A stretch of DNA of 64,000 nt. It comes from Candidatus Melainabacteria bacterium RIFCSPLOWO2_02_FULL_35_15 (GTDB lineage Bacteria > Cyanobacteriota > Vampirovibrionia > 2-02-FULL-35-15). Under the pieces are notes generated by a model, which was given only the letters and a program-made list of their open reading frames with translations, had not been told where the DNA came from and made no database searches. Shown piece by piece: positions 40,301-51,687 of this stretch (positions are counted from its first letter, which is position 1; each line of letters begins with the position of its first letter). Position numbers and translations under genes: made by a program. Where the stretch lies: the NCBI GenBank assembly GCA_001784585.1, contig MFRN01000043.1, positions 80,966 to 144,965 on the forward strand, given 5' to 3'.

Positions 40301-40845
40301 GCGGGAAAGCTCAGTTTGGCGGTCAAAGACTTGGAGAAATGGAGTGCTGGGCACTTGAAGCATATGGTGCAGCATATACACTTCAGGAAATGCTAACAGT
40401 AAAATCTGATGATGTCTCTGGCAGAAGTCGTGCTTATGAATCAATTGTAAAAGGTGAAAATATACCAAGACCTGGCGTTCCTGAATCATTTAAGGTGTTG
40501 GTTAGAGAACTGCAATCTCTTGGTCTGGATGTAACAGTCTTGAGAAGAACACGTGAAGGAAATGACGAAGAAATTGATTTGACAAGTGATGAGTCAGAAC
40601 AAAGAAGAACTCAGCCCAATATTTCATTATCCAGTCGTGATATTGGACTTGAAGAGGAATTACAGGGGCTACGTTCTAAAGCTGAGCCTCTGGCAGGAGT
40701 TGCCATTCAGACTAAAGAATTAGTTTCTGAAAAAGAGACAGGTAGTGCAGAAGCAGTAGCAGAAGCAGTAAAAGAAGAGCTTTTTGAAGAAGTGTCTCTT
40801 GATGAGATTGAGGGAGAGGGGGAAGGAGAAAGCGAAGCTAGCTAA
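37351..40845 (+). CDS. rpoB: DNA-directed RNA polymerase subunit beta
   Basis: 1164 aa. N-terminus ..[34 protein letters not shown].. and conserved beta-subunit blocks throughout. Confidence 0.98.
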   Translation: MTVKAPERVQPYAKAGQRTAVLPDLAEIQKASFEWFLREGLSEELKSFSPIRDYTGRLELYFLHDNYSFEDHTEPKKAKTPQEARDNDQSYTKKLYIQMRLVNRDTGEIKENKMFVGEIPMMTDRGTFIINGAERVVVSQIVRSPGIYYKRDVDPNGKRTFNATLIPNRGAWLKLESDNNDIVHVKIDKNRKLYATTLLKALGYTANEMETLFHHFDFLHKTLEKDPAENREQALIEVYKKLRPGDPTSVEGGRQILESRFFDDKRYNLGKVGRYKINKKLSLSVPEDVRVLTRDDIVASIDYLINLHYDEGQIDDIDHLGNRRIRSVGELLQNQFRVGLSRLERIIKERMTLQDADTLTPANLLNPKPLIAAIREFFGSSQLSQFMDQTNALAELTHKRRLSALGPGGLSRERAGFAVRDIHPSHYGRICPVETPEGPNAGLIGSLATHARVNQYGFIETPYRKVINGTVASEVQYLSADEEDNFRVAPGDVPLNEDGSFKAEFIPARYKSEFIVVPPEEVDFVGVSPIQIVSVGTALIPFLEHDDANRALMGSNMQRQSVPLITTERPYVGTGIEKQTARDSGMVIVAGDFGEVTYVSSQRIRIKYKSFNHEVEYSLTKFNRSNQDTCLNQKPIVSTGDKVIPGQVLADGPATDCGELALGKNILVAFMPWEGYNFEDAILVSERLVMDDVFTSIHIEKLEIDARSTKLGPEEITREVPNVSEEALRHLDENGIVRIGARVFPDDVLVGKITPKGESDHPPEERLLRAIFGEKARDVRDNSLRVPHGEGGRVVDVKVFDREKGDELPPVANKVVRVFIAQKRKISVGDKVAGRHGNKGIIAKILPVEDMPFLSDGTPVDIVLNPLGVPSRMNIGQTYETMLGLASMLNNTHYEVPPFDEMYGSEASKTLVLNEINNAKKNKNVEWIDDNGKVKLIDGRTGEPFDNPCSVGKIYMMKLVHLVDDKIHARSTGPYSLVTQQPLGGKAQFGGQRLGEMECWALEAYGAAYTLQEMLTVKSDDVSGRSRAYESIVKGENIPRPGVPESFKVLVRELQSLGLDVTVLRRTREGNDEEIDLTSDESEQRRTQPNISLSSRDIGLEEELQGLRSKAEPLAGVAIQTKELVSEKETGSAEAVAEAVKEELFEEVSLDEIEGEGEGESEAS

Positions 40846-40864
40846 CTTTGCATTCTTAGGGAAA

Positions 40865-42712
40865 ATGGCAATTCAGGAAAATACAGTAAAATCAAATGGA
40901 AGCTTTAGTGATCTTTCAATCTTTGATCGATTTAATCACCTTCAGATTAAAATTGCTTCACCTGTAAGGATCATGGGATGGTCATTTGGTGAAGTTACAA
41001 AACCTGAAACCATTAACTATAGAACTTTAAAACCTGAAAAAGATGGCTTGTTTTGTGAAAGAATTTTTGGACCCACAAAAGACTGGGAATGTTATTGTGG
41101 AAAGTATAAAAGAGTCAGACATAAAGGTATTATCTGCGAACGTTGCGGTGTTGAAGTAACTGAATCAAAAGTCAGAAGACACAGAATGGGGCATATTAAG
41201 CTGGCTGCACCGGTTTGTCATATATGGTTTTTAAAAGGAATTCCAAGTTATTTAAGTTTGCTGAGTGATATTCCGCTAAGAGATCTTGAACAGGTTATTT
41301 ACTTTAACCAGTACATAGTTTTAAACCCCGGCAATGTTGAAACAATTGTAAAACACCAGTTATTAACTGAAGAAGAATATGAACTTTTAAGCAGTGACGA
41401 AAATGCTCAGTTTGAAGTTGCAATTGGGGCAGAAGCACTAAAACTTATCTTAGAAGAAATTTCCAAACCTGTTTATGAATTTCCTGATGCTAAGACAAGA
41501 GATGAAAGAGGAGAACTAAAATCTACACCCGGACTGGAAGAGCTTGCTCAAAAGCTAAGACAGGAATTAGCACTTAGCAGTGGAAGTCAGCAAAGAAGAG
41601 CAAAAATTATTAAAAGACTTAGATTGGCAGAAAGTTTAATTCTTTCAAAAACAGATCCAACTTCAATGGTATTAGAGGTTTTGCCTGTTACCCCGCCTGA
41701 TTTACGTCCAATGGTCCAGCTGGATGGCGGCAGGTTTGCAACCAGTGATTTAAACGATTTATACAGGAGAGTTATTAATAGAAATAACAGACTTGCCAGA
41801 CTGCTTGATATGGGTGCTCCTGAAATTATTGTCCGGAATGAAAAAAGAATGCTTCAGGAAGCAGTAGATGCATTGATTGATAATGGAAGAAGAGGCAGGG
41901 TGGTTACCGGATCAAACGGAAGACCGCTAAAATCCCTTTCAAATATTATTGAAGGTAAACAAGGCAGGTTCCGTCAAAATTTACTCGGAAAAAGAGTTGA
42001 CTATTCAGGCAGATCTGTAATTGTTGTTGGTCCTCAGTTAAAAATTCACCAGTGTGGTTTGCCAAGGGAAATGGCCATTGAATTATTTAAACCATTTGTT
42101 ATTAATAAGCTAATTGAACGTCAGATTTGTCAGAATATTAAATCAGCTAAAAAACAAATTGAAAAAGGTTCTTCAATTATCTGGGAAATTCTTGAACAGG
42201 TTATCCAGGGACACCCGGTTCTTTTAAATCGTGCGCCTACTTTACACAGGCTGGGTATACAGTCTTTTGAACCGGTACTGGTAGAAGGAAGAGCAATTCA
42301 GCTTCATCCGCTTGTTTGTGCAGCATTTAATGCAGACTTTGACGGAGATCAGATGGCAGTTCATATCCCGTTATCAGTTGAAGCTCAGTCAGAAGCAAGA
42401 ATGCTTATGATGGCATTTAATAATATTCTTTTACCGGCAAGCGGTAAGCCTACTATTACTCCTACACAGGATATGGTGTTAGGGATTTATTATTTAACAG
42501 TTGAAAAACCAGGCGCAGACGATCAGAAGATTTGCAAAGGCGCAGGAATGAACTTTTATAATTTTAAAGATGCAATCGCAGCATATGAAGCTGATGTTGT
42601 TGATTTACATGCAAACATTAATGTCAGGGATGAAAATAATAAGAGGATAAGTACAACAGCAGGACGAATTATTTTTAATCAGACTATTAAGGATACATTT
42701 GATATCAGGTAA
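40865..42712 (+). CDS. rpoC1: DNA-directed RNA polymerase subunit gamma (N-terminal half of beta-prime; split rpoC)
   Basis: ..[59 protein letters not shown].. zinc-binding region, and [12 protein letters not shown] (the catalytic DFDGD). Ends after ~615 aa. The track ORF start at 40784 overlaps rpoB. The in-frame ATG at 40865 was chosen. Confidence 0.95.
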   Translation: MAIQENTVKSNGSFSDLSIFDRFNHLQIKIASPVRIMGWSFGEVTKPETINYRTLKPEKDGLFCERIFGPTKDWECYCGKYKRVRHKGIICERCGVEVTESKVRRHRMGHIKLAAPVCHIWFLKGIPSYLSLLSDIPLRDLEQVIYFNQYIVLNPGNVETIVKHQLLTEEEYELLSSDENAQFEVAIGAEALKLILEEISKPVYEFPDAKTRDERGELKSTPGLEELAQKLRQELALSSGSQQRRAKIIKRLRLAESLILSKTDPTSMVLEVLPVTPPDLRPMVQLDGGRFATSDLNDLYRRVINRNNRLARLLDMGAPEIIVRNEKRMLQEAVDALIDNGRRGRVVTGSNGRPLKSLSNIIEGKQGRFRQNLLGKRVDYSGRSVIVVGPQLKIHQCGLPREMAIELFKPFVINKLIERQICQNIKSAKKQIEKGSSIIWEILEQVIQGHPVLLNRAPTLHRLGIQSFEPVLVEGRAIQLHPLVCAAFNADFDGDQMAVHIPLSVEAQSEARMLMMAFNNILLPASGKPTITPTQDMVLGIYYLTVEKPGADDQKICKGAGMNFYNFKDAIAAYEADVVDLHANINVRDENNKRISTTAGRIIFNQTIKDTFDIR

Positions 42713-42736
42713 ATTTGAAAGTGGAGATAAATAAAA

Positions 42737-45700
42737 ATGCCTCAGACAGTTAAAACCAAAGAAACATACGAATTCCAGAATTCTACTATTGATAAAAAGA
42801 AGCTGTCAGGGCTCATGCTGGAAATTTATGAAAAATATGGTTCTGCCAGAGCAAGCGATGTTGCAGATGCACTAAAAAATTTAGGGTTTCATTTTGCTAC
42901 TAAAGCTGGTGTAACTATAAGTATTGAAGATCTGACAGTTCCGGAAGATAAAAAAGATTTAATTAGTTCTGCAGAAGAGCAGATTGAAGATGCCCAGAAA
43001 AAATTTGAAAGGGGAGATATTACTGAAGTAGAAAGATATAACAAAGTTATTGATACATGGTCTGAGACTACAGAAAAATTAACTGAAAAGGTCGTAGAAA
43101 GATTTAACAGACTTAATCCTGTTTATATGATGGCATTTTCAGGTGCCAGAGGTAACATCAGTCAGGTACGTCAGCTGGTCGGTATGAGAGGTTTGATGGC
43201 TGACTCTCAGGGACAGATTATTGACCTGCCGATTAAAACAAACTTTAAAGAGGGTTTAAATGTTACTGAGTATATTATTTCAAGTTACGGTGCAAGAAAA
43301 GGACTGGTTGATACTGCTTTAAAAACAGCAGACTCAGGTTATTTGACCAGGCGGCTTGTGGATGTTGCCCAGGATGTAACTATTCGTGCTCATGACTGTG
43401 GAAGCAAGAGAGGCGTTGTTGTTCATGCCTTGTTTGAAGGGGAAAAATTAACTGTAGGGATCGTTGAGAGAGTAATCGGACGTGTCGCTGTAGAAGATAT
43501 TATAAGTTTAAAAACCAAAGAAGTTATTGTTAAAAGAAATGAATTAATTGACAGGCAAAAATCCAAACTAATTGAAGAACATGGGGTAGCTTCAGCTAAA
43601 GTCAGATCTCCGCTTGTCTGTGATTTACCATATGGGATTTGTCAAACATGTTACGGCTGGAGCTTAACTACAAATACCATTGTAGACATTGGTGAGGCAA
43701 TAGGCATAATTGCTGCTCAGTCAATTGGTGAACCCGGGACTCAGCTCACAATGAGAACATTTCATACCGGTGGAGTAGTGGCAGGTGCTGCAAAAAGAAA
43801 ACAAATCAGGTCTCCACTAAGTGACATTTTAAAATTTGATATTCCTGTAAAAGAAATCAGGACAAGATATGGAGATACCGTTTTACAAACCACAAAGGAA
43901 GGAAAAATTAAAATTGGAAAAGATGACTTTTTCTTACCTGCAGGTTCACAGATTAGATTTAAGAGTGGAGCCAAAATAGAAAAAGATACAGTTGTTGCAG
44001 AGTATACGGAAATTCAACAAAAGGGTCTTATTGAAAAAGCAACAAAAGATATTATTTCAGATCATTCAGGACAAATTTTGTTTGAAGGATTTAGTGTTGA
44101 TGAAAGAAGAGATCGCCAGGGAAATATTTCCAAAACTGCAAACAAAAACGGAATTATCTGGATTATGGAAGGTGATGTTTACAATCTCCCAGCAGGCAGC
44201 AAGCTTATCCCGGAGGACGGTCAGCATGTAAAGGTAAGCGATATACTTGCAGAAACATTAATTATTTCAGAGCGTGGTGGTGAAGTACGTTTTAATAATG
44301 ATCTTGTAATTGAAGAAGTAAAAGTCGGGAAAGAAAAAATCAAAAGATTAATTCAGGGGCGTGAAGTTAGTATTGTTATAGCCAGGGTTGGTGCAGAAAA
44401 CGCAAAACTGGAAAGCACAAAGCAAGGTAACTCATGGAAAGTAAAAGCTACAAAAACTAATCCTGAAGAACTTTATACCATTAAAGTAGTTCCTGGTGAA
44501 ACCATTGAAAACAAGAGTGTTATTGCAGAGCTTGTGGATGACGGAGTTATGGCTGTTACCACTGCAGGAGAAATCAGATATGACGGACTTGAAGTGGATG
44601 AGTCCAGAATTATTACTCAGCCGGGGAAAATTATTTTTATTCCTGAAGAAGTTCATTATTTAAGTAAGGATGTAAGTTTAAAGCTTGTTGAAAATGAAGA
44701 TCGCGTTAAGGCTGGACAGGAAATTGTAAAAGATGTGTTTACTCACCTGGACGGATTTATTGAGATTAAAGTTGATAATGATATTATCCATGAGGTTATT
44801 GTAAGACCTGGCGAATTATTTGATATTCCGGAACCATCTTTATTAAAGTGTGAAGATGAGGAAATCGTTAAAGAAGGTATGGAAATTTACCCCGGTATAA
44901 AAATAAATGATACAAAAGTTGTAACCCTTATTGAAAACGAAGAAAAAGGAACTGTAAAACTTCTTTTAAGGCCTGTTCAAACATTTGCAATTGAACCCAA
45001 GAAAGTATTTTTCCAGGGATATTCCACTGATAACAATATTGCTTTATTAGCTGTTACACAAATGCTCTATCGTGATGGAGAGAGAGTAAGAAATTTTAAC
45101 GGTGGGCCGCTTTCAAAAACCAGTCTGGTGCTTACAATGGGTGGTGATTTATCTGCCTTAAAAGGGAAGGTTGAAATCGGGAAAATAGTTGATTCAAAGC
45201 AGGAATTACAAATTATAGTTCAGGAAAATATTGTTTTAAGAAGAGAGCAGGATACAAATGTTACCCAGTTATTAATAAATAATAATGATCACATTGCACC
45301 TGGAGTTGCATTAGCGAAGACTCAGGTTTTAGCCAGATCAAATGGTGAGGTAAGCTTAAGTACACAGCAGGAAAAAAGACTGCTCTTAATTACCATTAAT
45401 GATTTAATTAAACAGGAAACTACCATAAAACCTGCTGTAAAAGTTGGTGATTTTGTTAAACTGGGAGATAAATTAGCTGGTGGAACAGAGTCTGCATGCT
45501 CCGGTCAGATTGTATCTGCAGAAAATAAGTCAGTAATAATCAGAAAAGGAAGACCATATCTTGTTAATGCTGGCGCGCAACTTCAGTGTGATCAGGGACA
45601 TTTAGTTCAAAGAGGCGATCAGTTAGCTGCACTAATTTATGAAAGAGTAAAAACTGCAGATATAGTGCAGGGTTTACCGCGTGTAGAAGAATTATTAGAA

Positions 45701-46438
45701 GGCAGAAAACCAAAAGATGCAGCAATTTTATCCGAGTTCAATGCAAAAGTAAAAATCATTGAAGAAGATGATGCAAGAAGATTAATTTTAGCTTCAGGAG
45801 AGACAGAGCAGGAAGTATCTATTCCGCCTGGTTTAAATGTAATTGTAGAAAATGGACAGGCAGTAAAAATCGGAGAACCTTTAACAGATGGTCCTGCAAA
45901 CCCACACGATATTTTAAACCTGCTTGGCATTGAAGCTGTCCAGCAATATCTTTTGGATGAAGTTCAAAAAGTATACAGAAGTCAGGGCGTTGAAATTGCA
46001 GACAAACACGTTGAAACGATTATAAGACAAATGACACGCAAGGTAAGAATTGAAGATGCAGGTGATACCATACTTCTGCCTGGTGAGCTTGTTGAATTAG
46101 CTGACATAAAAAAAGAAACAGAAAAAGCAAGAAAGTTAATTTCCAAGGATGCAAGACCTCCTGCTTATAAACCAATATTATTGGGTATTACAAAGGCAAG
46201 CTTAAATACTGAAAGCTTTATTTCTGCTGCAAGCTTCCAGGAAACTACCAGAATACTTTCTGAAGCTGCTATTCAGGGAAAGAAAGACTGGCTCAGAGGG
46301 TTAAAAGAAAATGTTATTATCGGACGTTTAATACCGGCTGGTACTGGTTATTTATATTCCAGGGCTTTAGAGTCAAACATTCCTGACTATGGACAGTTAA
46401 CTTCTGAAGGATTTGCTGCTGAACCTAGTCTGAATTAG
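42737..46438 (+). CDS. rpoC2: DNA-directed RNA polymerase subunit beta-prime (C-terminal part, with a large lineage-specific insertion)
   Basis: 1233 aa. Conserved beta-prime C-terminal blocks (..MAFSGARGNISQVRQLVGMRGLM.., ..GIIAAQSIGEPGTQLTMRTFHTGG..). The rpoC1/rpoC2 split is the cyanobacterial-type arrangement. Confidence 0.95.
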   Translation: MPQTVKTKETYEFQNSTIDKKKLSGLMLEIYEKYGSARASDVADALKNLGFHFATKAGVTISIEDLTVPEDKKDLISSAEEQIEDAQKKFERGDITEVERYNKVIDTWSETTEKLTEKVVERFNRLNPVYMMAFSGARGNISQVRQLVGMRGLMADSQGQIIDLPIKTNFKEGLNVTEYIISSYGARKGLVDTALKTADSGYLTRRLVDVAQDVTIRAHDCGSKRGVVVHALFEGEKLTVGIVERVIGRVAVEDIISLKTKEVIVKRNELIDRQKSKLIEEHGVASAKVRSPLVCDLPYGICQTCYGWSLTTNTIVDIGEAIGIIAAQSIGEPGTQLTMRTFHTGGVVAGAAKRKQIRSPLSDILKFDIPVKEIRTRYGDTVLQTTKEGKIKIGKDDFFLPAGSQIRFKSGAKIEKDTVVAEYTEIQQKGLIEKATKDIISDHSGQILFEGFSVDERRDRQGNISKTANKNGIIWIMEGDVYNLPAGSKLIPEDGQHVKVSDILAETLIISERGGEVRFNNDLVIEEVKVGKEKIKRLIQGREVSIVIARVGAENAKLESTKQGNSWKVKATKTNPEELYTIKVVPGETIENKSVIAELVDDGVMAVTTAGEIRYDGLEVDESRIITQPGKIIFIPEEVHYLSKDVSLKLVENEDRVKAGQEIVKDVFTHLDGFIEIKVDNDIIHEVIVRPGELFDIPEPSLLKCEDEEIVKEGMEIYPGIKINDTKVVTLIENEEKGTVKLLLRPVQTFAIEPKKVFFQGYSTDNNIALLAVTQMLYRDGERVRNFNGGPLSKTSLVLTMGGDLSALKGKVEIGKIVDSKQELQIIVQENIVLRREQDTNVTQLLINNNDHIAPGVALAKTQVLARSNGEVSLSTQQEKRLLLITINDLIKQETTIKPAVKVGDFVKLGDKLAGGTESACSGQIVSAENKSVIIRKGRPYLVNAGAQLQCDQGHLVQRGDQLAALIYERVKTADIVQGLPRVEELLEGRKPKDAAILSEFNAKVKIIEEDDARRLILASGETEQEVSIPPGLNVIVENGQAVKIGEPLTDGPANPHDILNLLGIEAVQQYLLDEVQKVYRSQGVEIADKHVETIIRQMTRKVRIEDAGDTILLPGELVELADIKKETEKARKLISKDARPPAYKPILLGITKASLNTESFISAASFQETTRILSEAAIQGKKDWLRGLKENVIIGRLIPAGTGYLYSRALESNIPDYGQLTSEGFAAEPSLN

Positions 46439-47672
46439 CATTTGTTTTTTTAATTTCTTCTAATCCTTTTCTTCTTCTTGCAGAAAAATACACGTCACTT
46501 GCACTAGCTTTGAGCTTTCTTCCGATTTCTACCAAATGTTGTAAGCTGCCGCTAGATTCTTTAATTTTGTTTTCACCAACAATCAATCCAAAGTCAAATA
46601 TATCTGCAATTGTTGAGGCTAACAATAAATCAGAAAGAGTAACTGATGGAAACAGCTTGTTTCTGTCTTCAGGTCCATGCGTTAATTTTTCCGGGATATA
46701 AAATCTAAAAATATTAGTTAACCAAATTAAAGGTCTATCTATTACGCTAAGTATACGGATTATAGTTCTTGGTAAGCCTTGAATATCAAACCTACGGGCT
46801 AATGGTCTTGTTATACCTCCAAAGACACTAAGCCAGTTTACGATTGGTGTAAAACATGAAATCGTTTTATCTAGATGCTGCGAGATGTTTAATTTTTCTT
46901 CACAGCTTAAGCTTTTTGATGTTTTGTATTTATTCCAAGCATTTTTTAATTTGCCTATATGACTGGAGAATCTATTTTTGATAAAATTCCAGTTTATTGT
47001 GTCATCATTCTTAGTAACTTTATTTTCATCTTCGTTACCTTTAAAAAGCTTATTCCAAATTGTTTTGTAAAGTTTATTTGAGAAATTAGGACCATAAGCT
47101 ATATTTATCCCCATATTTCTCCACCACATACCGTCAAACAGTCTTATACAAACCCATTCAAGATCATTAGCTATAGCAGGGCTTACTAAACCTAGGGCAG
47201 AAATTAAAAATTTCCCTTTTGTTTGGAGTTCATTATTAAATAAAGCAAGAGAGGGTATCCATGATTTTTTATCTTCTTCGCTTCTTGTAAATTCTTCTGC
47301 ACCTACGTTATCATCTCTGTTTCCATTGCTATCTTTGTGTCCATAAATCATGTTTCTAAACATATCTCCAAAAGTACCAGTAATTCTTTCTATGGTAAAA
47401 ACCGCTTTTGCTACCCAGGTATCACTGAGTTCAGAATGTGTTAAAAAATAAGATGGTATTTTTAATATTGCTTCTAAAATATAAGTTCTTATACTATTTT
47501 TAGCTAGGTTATCAGTATCAACGGCCCAATTTTTCTTAGTGTCTTCTGTTCTAGCAGGGGACTCATTTAGATAACCTGCAAACACTTCTTGTTTCCCAGA
47601 TGACTCCGGTTTTGAATAGTCATCTGGTGGAGATATTTCACCGAGTCCAATTTTTGTGATATTTATTGTCAT
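46425..47672 (-). CDS. Hypothetical protein (415 aa), no recognisable domain
   Basis: Long uninterrupted ORF convergent with rpoC2 and overlapping its stop by 14 nt. No signal peptide or TM helix. Trp/Asn-rich. No motif recognised. Confidence 0.5.
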   Translation of the reverse strand: MTINITKIGLGEISPPDDYSKPESSGKQEVFAGYLNESPARTEDTKKNWAVDTDNLAKNSIRTYILEAILKIPSYFLTHSELSDTWVAKAVFTIERITGTFGDMFRNMIYGHKDSNGNRDDNVGAEEFTRSEEDKKSWIPSLALFNNELQTKGKFLISALGLVSPAIANDLEWVCIRLFDGMWWRNMGINIAYGPNFSNKLYKTIWNKLFKGNEDENKVTKNDDTINWNFIKNRFSSHIGKLKNAWNKYKTSKSLSCEEKLNISQHLDKTISCFTPIVNWLSVFGGITRPLARRFDIQGLPRTIIRILSVIDRPLIWLTNIFRFYIPEKLTHGPEDRNKLFPSVTLSDLLLASTIADIFDFGLIVGENKIKESSGSLQHLVEIGRKLKASASDVYFSARRRKGLEEIKKTNANSD

Positions 47673-47844
47673 TTATTGATTTCTATAATAATTTTTTCAA
47701 AAAAAATACAAGCCAAACAAAATAACAAAGACTTTTTAAAAATTAAAAAGCCTCTGTAATTTTATGTGTACAGCCTGATTCTATTAATATTGAAATACCG
47801 TTGTCTATAATTTCTTAACCATTAAGATAGAGATTTAGAATTTT

Positions 47845-49032
47845 TTAAGAATTGGAATTAAGCCCTGAAGATTTTACCGTATTAATATCCTTATCTCCCC
47901 GCCCCGAAAGATTTACCACCACCACCTCGTTTTTCTTTGTCTTTGGCATTAAATATTTTAAATAAGCAACTGCATGTGATGATTCCAGGGCTGGAATGAT
48001 TCCTTCCATCTTTGAAAGGAAATTAAAAGCCTGAAGAGCTTCTTTGTCTGAGATGTTTTTATATTGAACAATATTTTTGTCCTTTAAATATGCATGTTGT
48101 GGCCCGACACCAGGATAATCCAAACCTGCTGAAATACTGTGAGCTTCTTTAATAATTCCATTCTTATCCTGAAGAAGATAACTATATGAACCGTGCAATA
48201 CGCCTGGTTTTCCAAGGGTTAATGTAGCAGCATGGTGACCGTTTTTCAATGATACGCCACCGGCTTCAACACCGATCAATCTGGTGTTTTCAAAATTTAG
48301 GTATGGATAAAAAATTCCCATGGAATTTGATCCGCCGCCTACACATGCCACAATATAGTCTGGATCTTTTTTTAATTGTTTTTTTAATTCATCTCCGATT
48401 ACTGACTGAAAATAGCTAACTATTGCAGGATACGGATGCGGACCAACAGTAGAACCGATAATATAATGAGTAGTTTTTATATTTGTAATCCAGTCTCTTA
48501 TAGCTTCACTGGTAGCATCTTTTAATGTCCGGGAGCCGCTTTTGACAGGGATAACTTGTGCACCAAGTAATTGCATTTTAAAGACATTAAGCTCTTGTCG
48601 TTTAATATCGACTGCTCCCATATAAATCTCACATTCAAGTCCAAACAAAGCACAAACTGTAGCTGTAGCCAGACCATGCTGGCCGGCACCGGTTTCTGCA
48701 ATTATTCTTTTTTTACCAAGTTTTTTAGCTAATAATGCCTGACCAATACAATTGTTTATTTTATGTGCACCGGTATGACAAAGATCCTCTCGTTTTAGAA
48801 ATATTTTTGCTTTTCTGTAATGCTCTGTAAGTCTTTTAGCAAAATATAATGGTGTAGGTCTGCCTACATAGGTTTTTAAAAGTAAATCTAATTCAGCTTT
48901 AAAGCTTTTATCATTTTTATATTTATTAAATGTAATTTCTAATTCTTCCAGCGCAGGCATTATGGTTTCAGGAACAAATTGTCCGCCGTATTTGCCAAAG
49001 TAGCCTTTTTGTCTGGTTTTCATGACAAACAT
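47845..49032 (-). CDS. trpB: Tryptophan synthase beta chain
   Basis: PLP-lysine region [16 protein letters not shown]-terminal ..SGRGDKD... Confidence 0.95.
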   Translation of the reverse strand: MFVMKTRQKGYFGKYGGQFVPETIMPALEELEITFNKYKNDKSFKAELDLLLKTYVGRPTPLYFAKRLTEHYRKAKIFLKREDLCHTGAHKINNCIGQALLAKKLGKKRIIAETGAGQHGLATATVCALFGLECEIYMGAVDIKRQELNVFKMQLLGAQVIPVKSGSRTLKDATSEAIRDWITNIKTTHYIIGSTVGPHPYPAIVSYFQSVIGDELKKQLKKDPDYIVACVGGGSNSMGIFYPYLNFENTRLIGVEAGGVSLKNGHHAATLTLGKPGVLHGSYSYLLQDKNGIIKEAHSISAGLDYPGVGPQHAYLKDKNIVQYKNISDKEALQAFNFLSKMEGIIPALESSHAVAYLKYLMPKTKKNEVVVVNLSGRGDKDINTVKSSGLNSNS

Positions 49033-49075
49033 AATATTACCATTTTATGATGACAACCAATGTTATATTTAATTT

Positions 49076-50209
49076 ATGTCCCAAAAAATCCTCATTGCTC
49101 CCAATGCATTTAAATATTCTCTCAGCGCTGTAGAAGCAGCTAAAACAATTAAACAAGCTTTAGACTCTCCGGATTTGAATTTGAAATATGAACTTTTACC
49201 AATAGCTGATGGTGGCGATGGCACAATTGATATTTTGAATTTTAGTTTTCCAAAATCTAAATTTATTAAAGTCAGGGTACATGATCCGTTAATGCGTGAG
49301 ATTGAATCGTTATGGCTACTATGGGATGAAAATACTGCTGTAATAGAGCTTGCAAAGGCTTCCGGAGTTGCACTTTTGTCTAAAGATGAACTAAATCCTT
49401 TCTGGGCAAATACTTATGGTACCGGTGAATTAATTCTTTCTGCATTAGACAAAAGCTGTAAAAAGATAATTATTGCTTTGGGTGGCAGTGCCACTATTGA
49501 TGCAGGAGCAGGAATATTAGAAGCGCTTGGAGTCAGATTTGAAGATAAGAAAAGAAACAAAGTTAAATCAGGAGGAGGATTTTTAGGCTCAATAGAGAAA
49601 ATAGATTTACACCATCTTGATAAAAGAATAAAGGATTGTGAGTTTCATATGCTTTGTGACGTTAGTATTCCGCTTACAGGAGAGAAAGGAACTATACAAA
49701 GATTTGGAACTCAAAAAGGTGCCAGGGAAGGAGAAAAAATTATTTTAGAAAATGGGATGAAGCACTTAGCAAAAGTAGCAAAGCAATATACTGGAAATGA
49801 TTTTGAATCAGCTCCAATGGTAGGAGCTGCAGGCGGAGTAGCATTCTCACTTAAGACTTTTTTAGGTACAAAATTATTTGGTGGTTTTTCGTATCTGGCT
49901 AATTTGATTTCATTAGAAGAAAAAATAAAAAATGTTGATCTGGTAGTTACAGGTGAAGGTAATCTTGATGCTCAAAGTTTAATGGGTAAAGGAGTAATTG
50001 AACTTGCTAAATTGGCCAAAAAGCATGGTAAAAAAGTAATTGCTTTATGTGGTGACTATGATAAGAATATTAACTGGAGAGAACACTATATTGAGCATGT
50101 AATTGAAATAAAGCCGGAAAACTTATCTTTAGAGGAATCATTAAAAAATACTAAAAATTTAATTTTAAGTGCTATTACTCAAAACTCTCATTTGTTTGTG
50201 AATTTTTAA
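49076..50209 (+). CDS. Glycerate kinase
   Basis: N-terminus ..ILIAPNAFKYSLSAVEAAKTI.. and ..PIADGGDGT.. are typical of the GlxK/GarK family. ~377 aa. Confidence 0.85.
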   Translation: MSQKILIAPNAFKYSLSAVEAAKTIKQALDSPDLNLKYELLPIADGGDGTIDILNFSFPKSKFIKVRVHDPLMREIESLWLLWDENTAVIELAKASGVALLSKDELNPFWANTYGTGELILSALDKSCKKIIIALGGSATIDAGAGILEALGVRFEDKKRNKVKSGGGFLGSIEKIDLHHLDKRIKDCEFHMLCDVSIPLTGEKGTIQRFGTQKGAREGEKIILENGMKHLAKVAKQYTGNDFESAPMVGAAGGVAFSLKTFLGTKLFGGFSYLANLISLEEKIKNVDLVVTGEGNLDAQSLMGKGVIELAKLAKKHGKKVIALCGDYDKNINWREHYIEHVIEIKPENLSLEESLKNTKNLILSAITQNSHLFVNF

Positions 50210-50355
50210 AGATTTGGCAAGTTGCAATTTAACGATAATTACATTAAAATAAAACTGTTATAAAAAATATAAGCGAAAAATATTGCGAGGAGCAATATTT
50301 TGAGCGCCAAGAAGAAGAGAAAATATTTAAGCCTAAATGTTTTCAAATAAAAAAA

Positions 50356-50667
50356 ATGAATGTAAAGAGCAGGTTAGAAAGAGCAGCAGAAAATAAACAG
50401 TGGATAAAAGTTTATTTCCATGATGGCAGTGGACTTATTGGAAAAGTTATAAGGGTTGGTCAGGACTATGTAGAGCTGGAAAGTTATGGATATGATGACC
50501 TGCCACATGCCAGAAATTATGCAAAAAATATTATCCCGTTAAGCTTTATAAAAATGTTTATGGTTGAGTCATCTAATTTTGCTGAAGCAGAAAGAAAAAG
50601 ATTGGAATATCTTAATCAGCTAGAGCATCTTACCCATGAAGCAGCTTCAGAAATAGAAAACAAATAA
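50356..50667 (+). CDS. Small hypothetical protein (103 aa), possibly a beta-barrel fold
   Basis: ..KVYFHDGSGLIGKVIRVGQDYVELESYG.. alternating pattern. No confident family assignment. Confidence 0.35.
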   Translation: MNVKSRLERAAENKQWIKVYFHDGSGLIGKVIRVGQDYVELESYGYDDLPHARNYAKNIIPLSFIKMFMVESSNFAEAERKRLEYLNQLEHLTHEAASEIENK

Positions 50668-51687
50668 TTAGTTTAATTTAAGTTCTCCGGCATAATGACA
50701 TGCAACCTGTTGATTATTATATAACTCTAATTTAGGAATTTCGCTCGTACACCTTTCCTTTGCTATTGGACATCTTGTTCTAAAAACACAACCGCTGGGT
50801 GGATTTGAAGGATCGGGAATCTCTCCGCTTAGTATAATTCTTTTTTCTTTCCTGAGCTTTGATCTCAGATCTCCAATCTCTGGATTAGCACTTAACAAAG
50901 CTATTGTATACGGGTGTTTAGGAGATTTTATTATGTCTTCCTTATGTCCGAATTCAACTATACGTCCCAGGTACATTACAGCAATTTGTGTGGAGATATA
51001 GCTAACTACAGATAAATTGTGTGAAATAAACAGATAAGTTAAATTTAATTTTTTCTGTAAATCAATTAAAAGATTTAGTATTTGAGCCTGAACAGACACA
51101 TCAAGAGCACTTACAGGTTCATCTAAAATTAAAAACTCCGGACTTAATGACAGTGCCCGTGCAATAGCTACTCTCTGTCTTTGCCCCCCTGACAGTTCAT
51201 GAGGATATTTATTTCCATGTTGTTCTTCAAGTCCTGCAAGGTTTAATAACTCATTAACTCTTTTCATTATTCCTTCTTTATCCTGAATAATTTTATGTAC
51301 AATTATTGGTTCTGCGATGATATCTTTAATTTTCATCCTCGGACTAAGACTTGAATACGGATTCTGAAAAACAATTTGTAGCCTTTGGCGAATTGAACGC
51401 ATTTCTTTGTTTGACAGGGAGAAAATATTTCTTTCCTTATAGAGAATCTCTCCATCGGTAGGTTCTAATAGTTTTAAAATGAGCTTGCCCAGGGTTGATT
51501 TTCCCGATCCGGATTCTCCGACAATTCCAATTATCTGCCTTTTTTTTATTCCCAGATTTATATCTTTTAATGCCTGTACATAACCTACTGTTTTTGACCA
51601 GAAACCTCTTTGAATGGGGAAAAATTTTGTCAGATTTTTAACTTGGACAAGAAAATCGTGATCCGTTACTTGTGGCTCGTTACTCAT
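50668..51687 (-). CDS. Oligopeptide/dipeptide-type ABC transporter ATP-binding protein (OppF/DppF-like)
   Basis: Walker A GESGSGKST. ABC signature LSGGQRQRV. C-terminal oligopeptide/dipeptide ABC domain with Cys residues (CVFRTRCPIAKERC). Confidence 0.85.
   Translation of the reverse strand: MSNEPQVTDHDFLVQVKNLTKFFPIQRGFWSKTVGYVQALKDINLGIKKRQIIGIVGESGSGKSTLGKLILKLLEPTDGEILYKERNIFSLSNKEMRSIRQRLQIVFQNPYSSLSPRMKIKDIIAEPIIVHKIIQDKEGIMKRVNELLNLAGLEEQHGNKYPHELSGGQRQRVAIARALSLSPEFLILDEPVSALDVSVQAQILNLLIDLQKKLNLTYLFISHNLSVVSYISTQIAVMYLGRIVEFGHKEDIIKSPKHPYTIALLSANPEIGDLRSKLRKEKRIILSGEIPDPSNPPSGCVFRTRCPIAKERCTSEIPKLELYNNQQVACHYAGELKLN

Noticed and set aside
39806-40489. Minus-strand ORFs of 91 and 112 aa
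   Set aside because: Antisense inside rpoB. No support.
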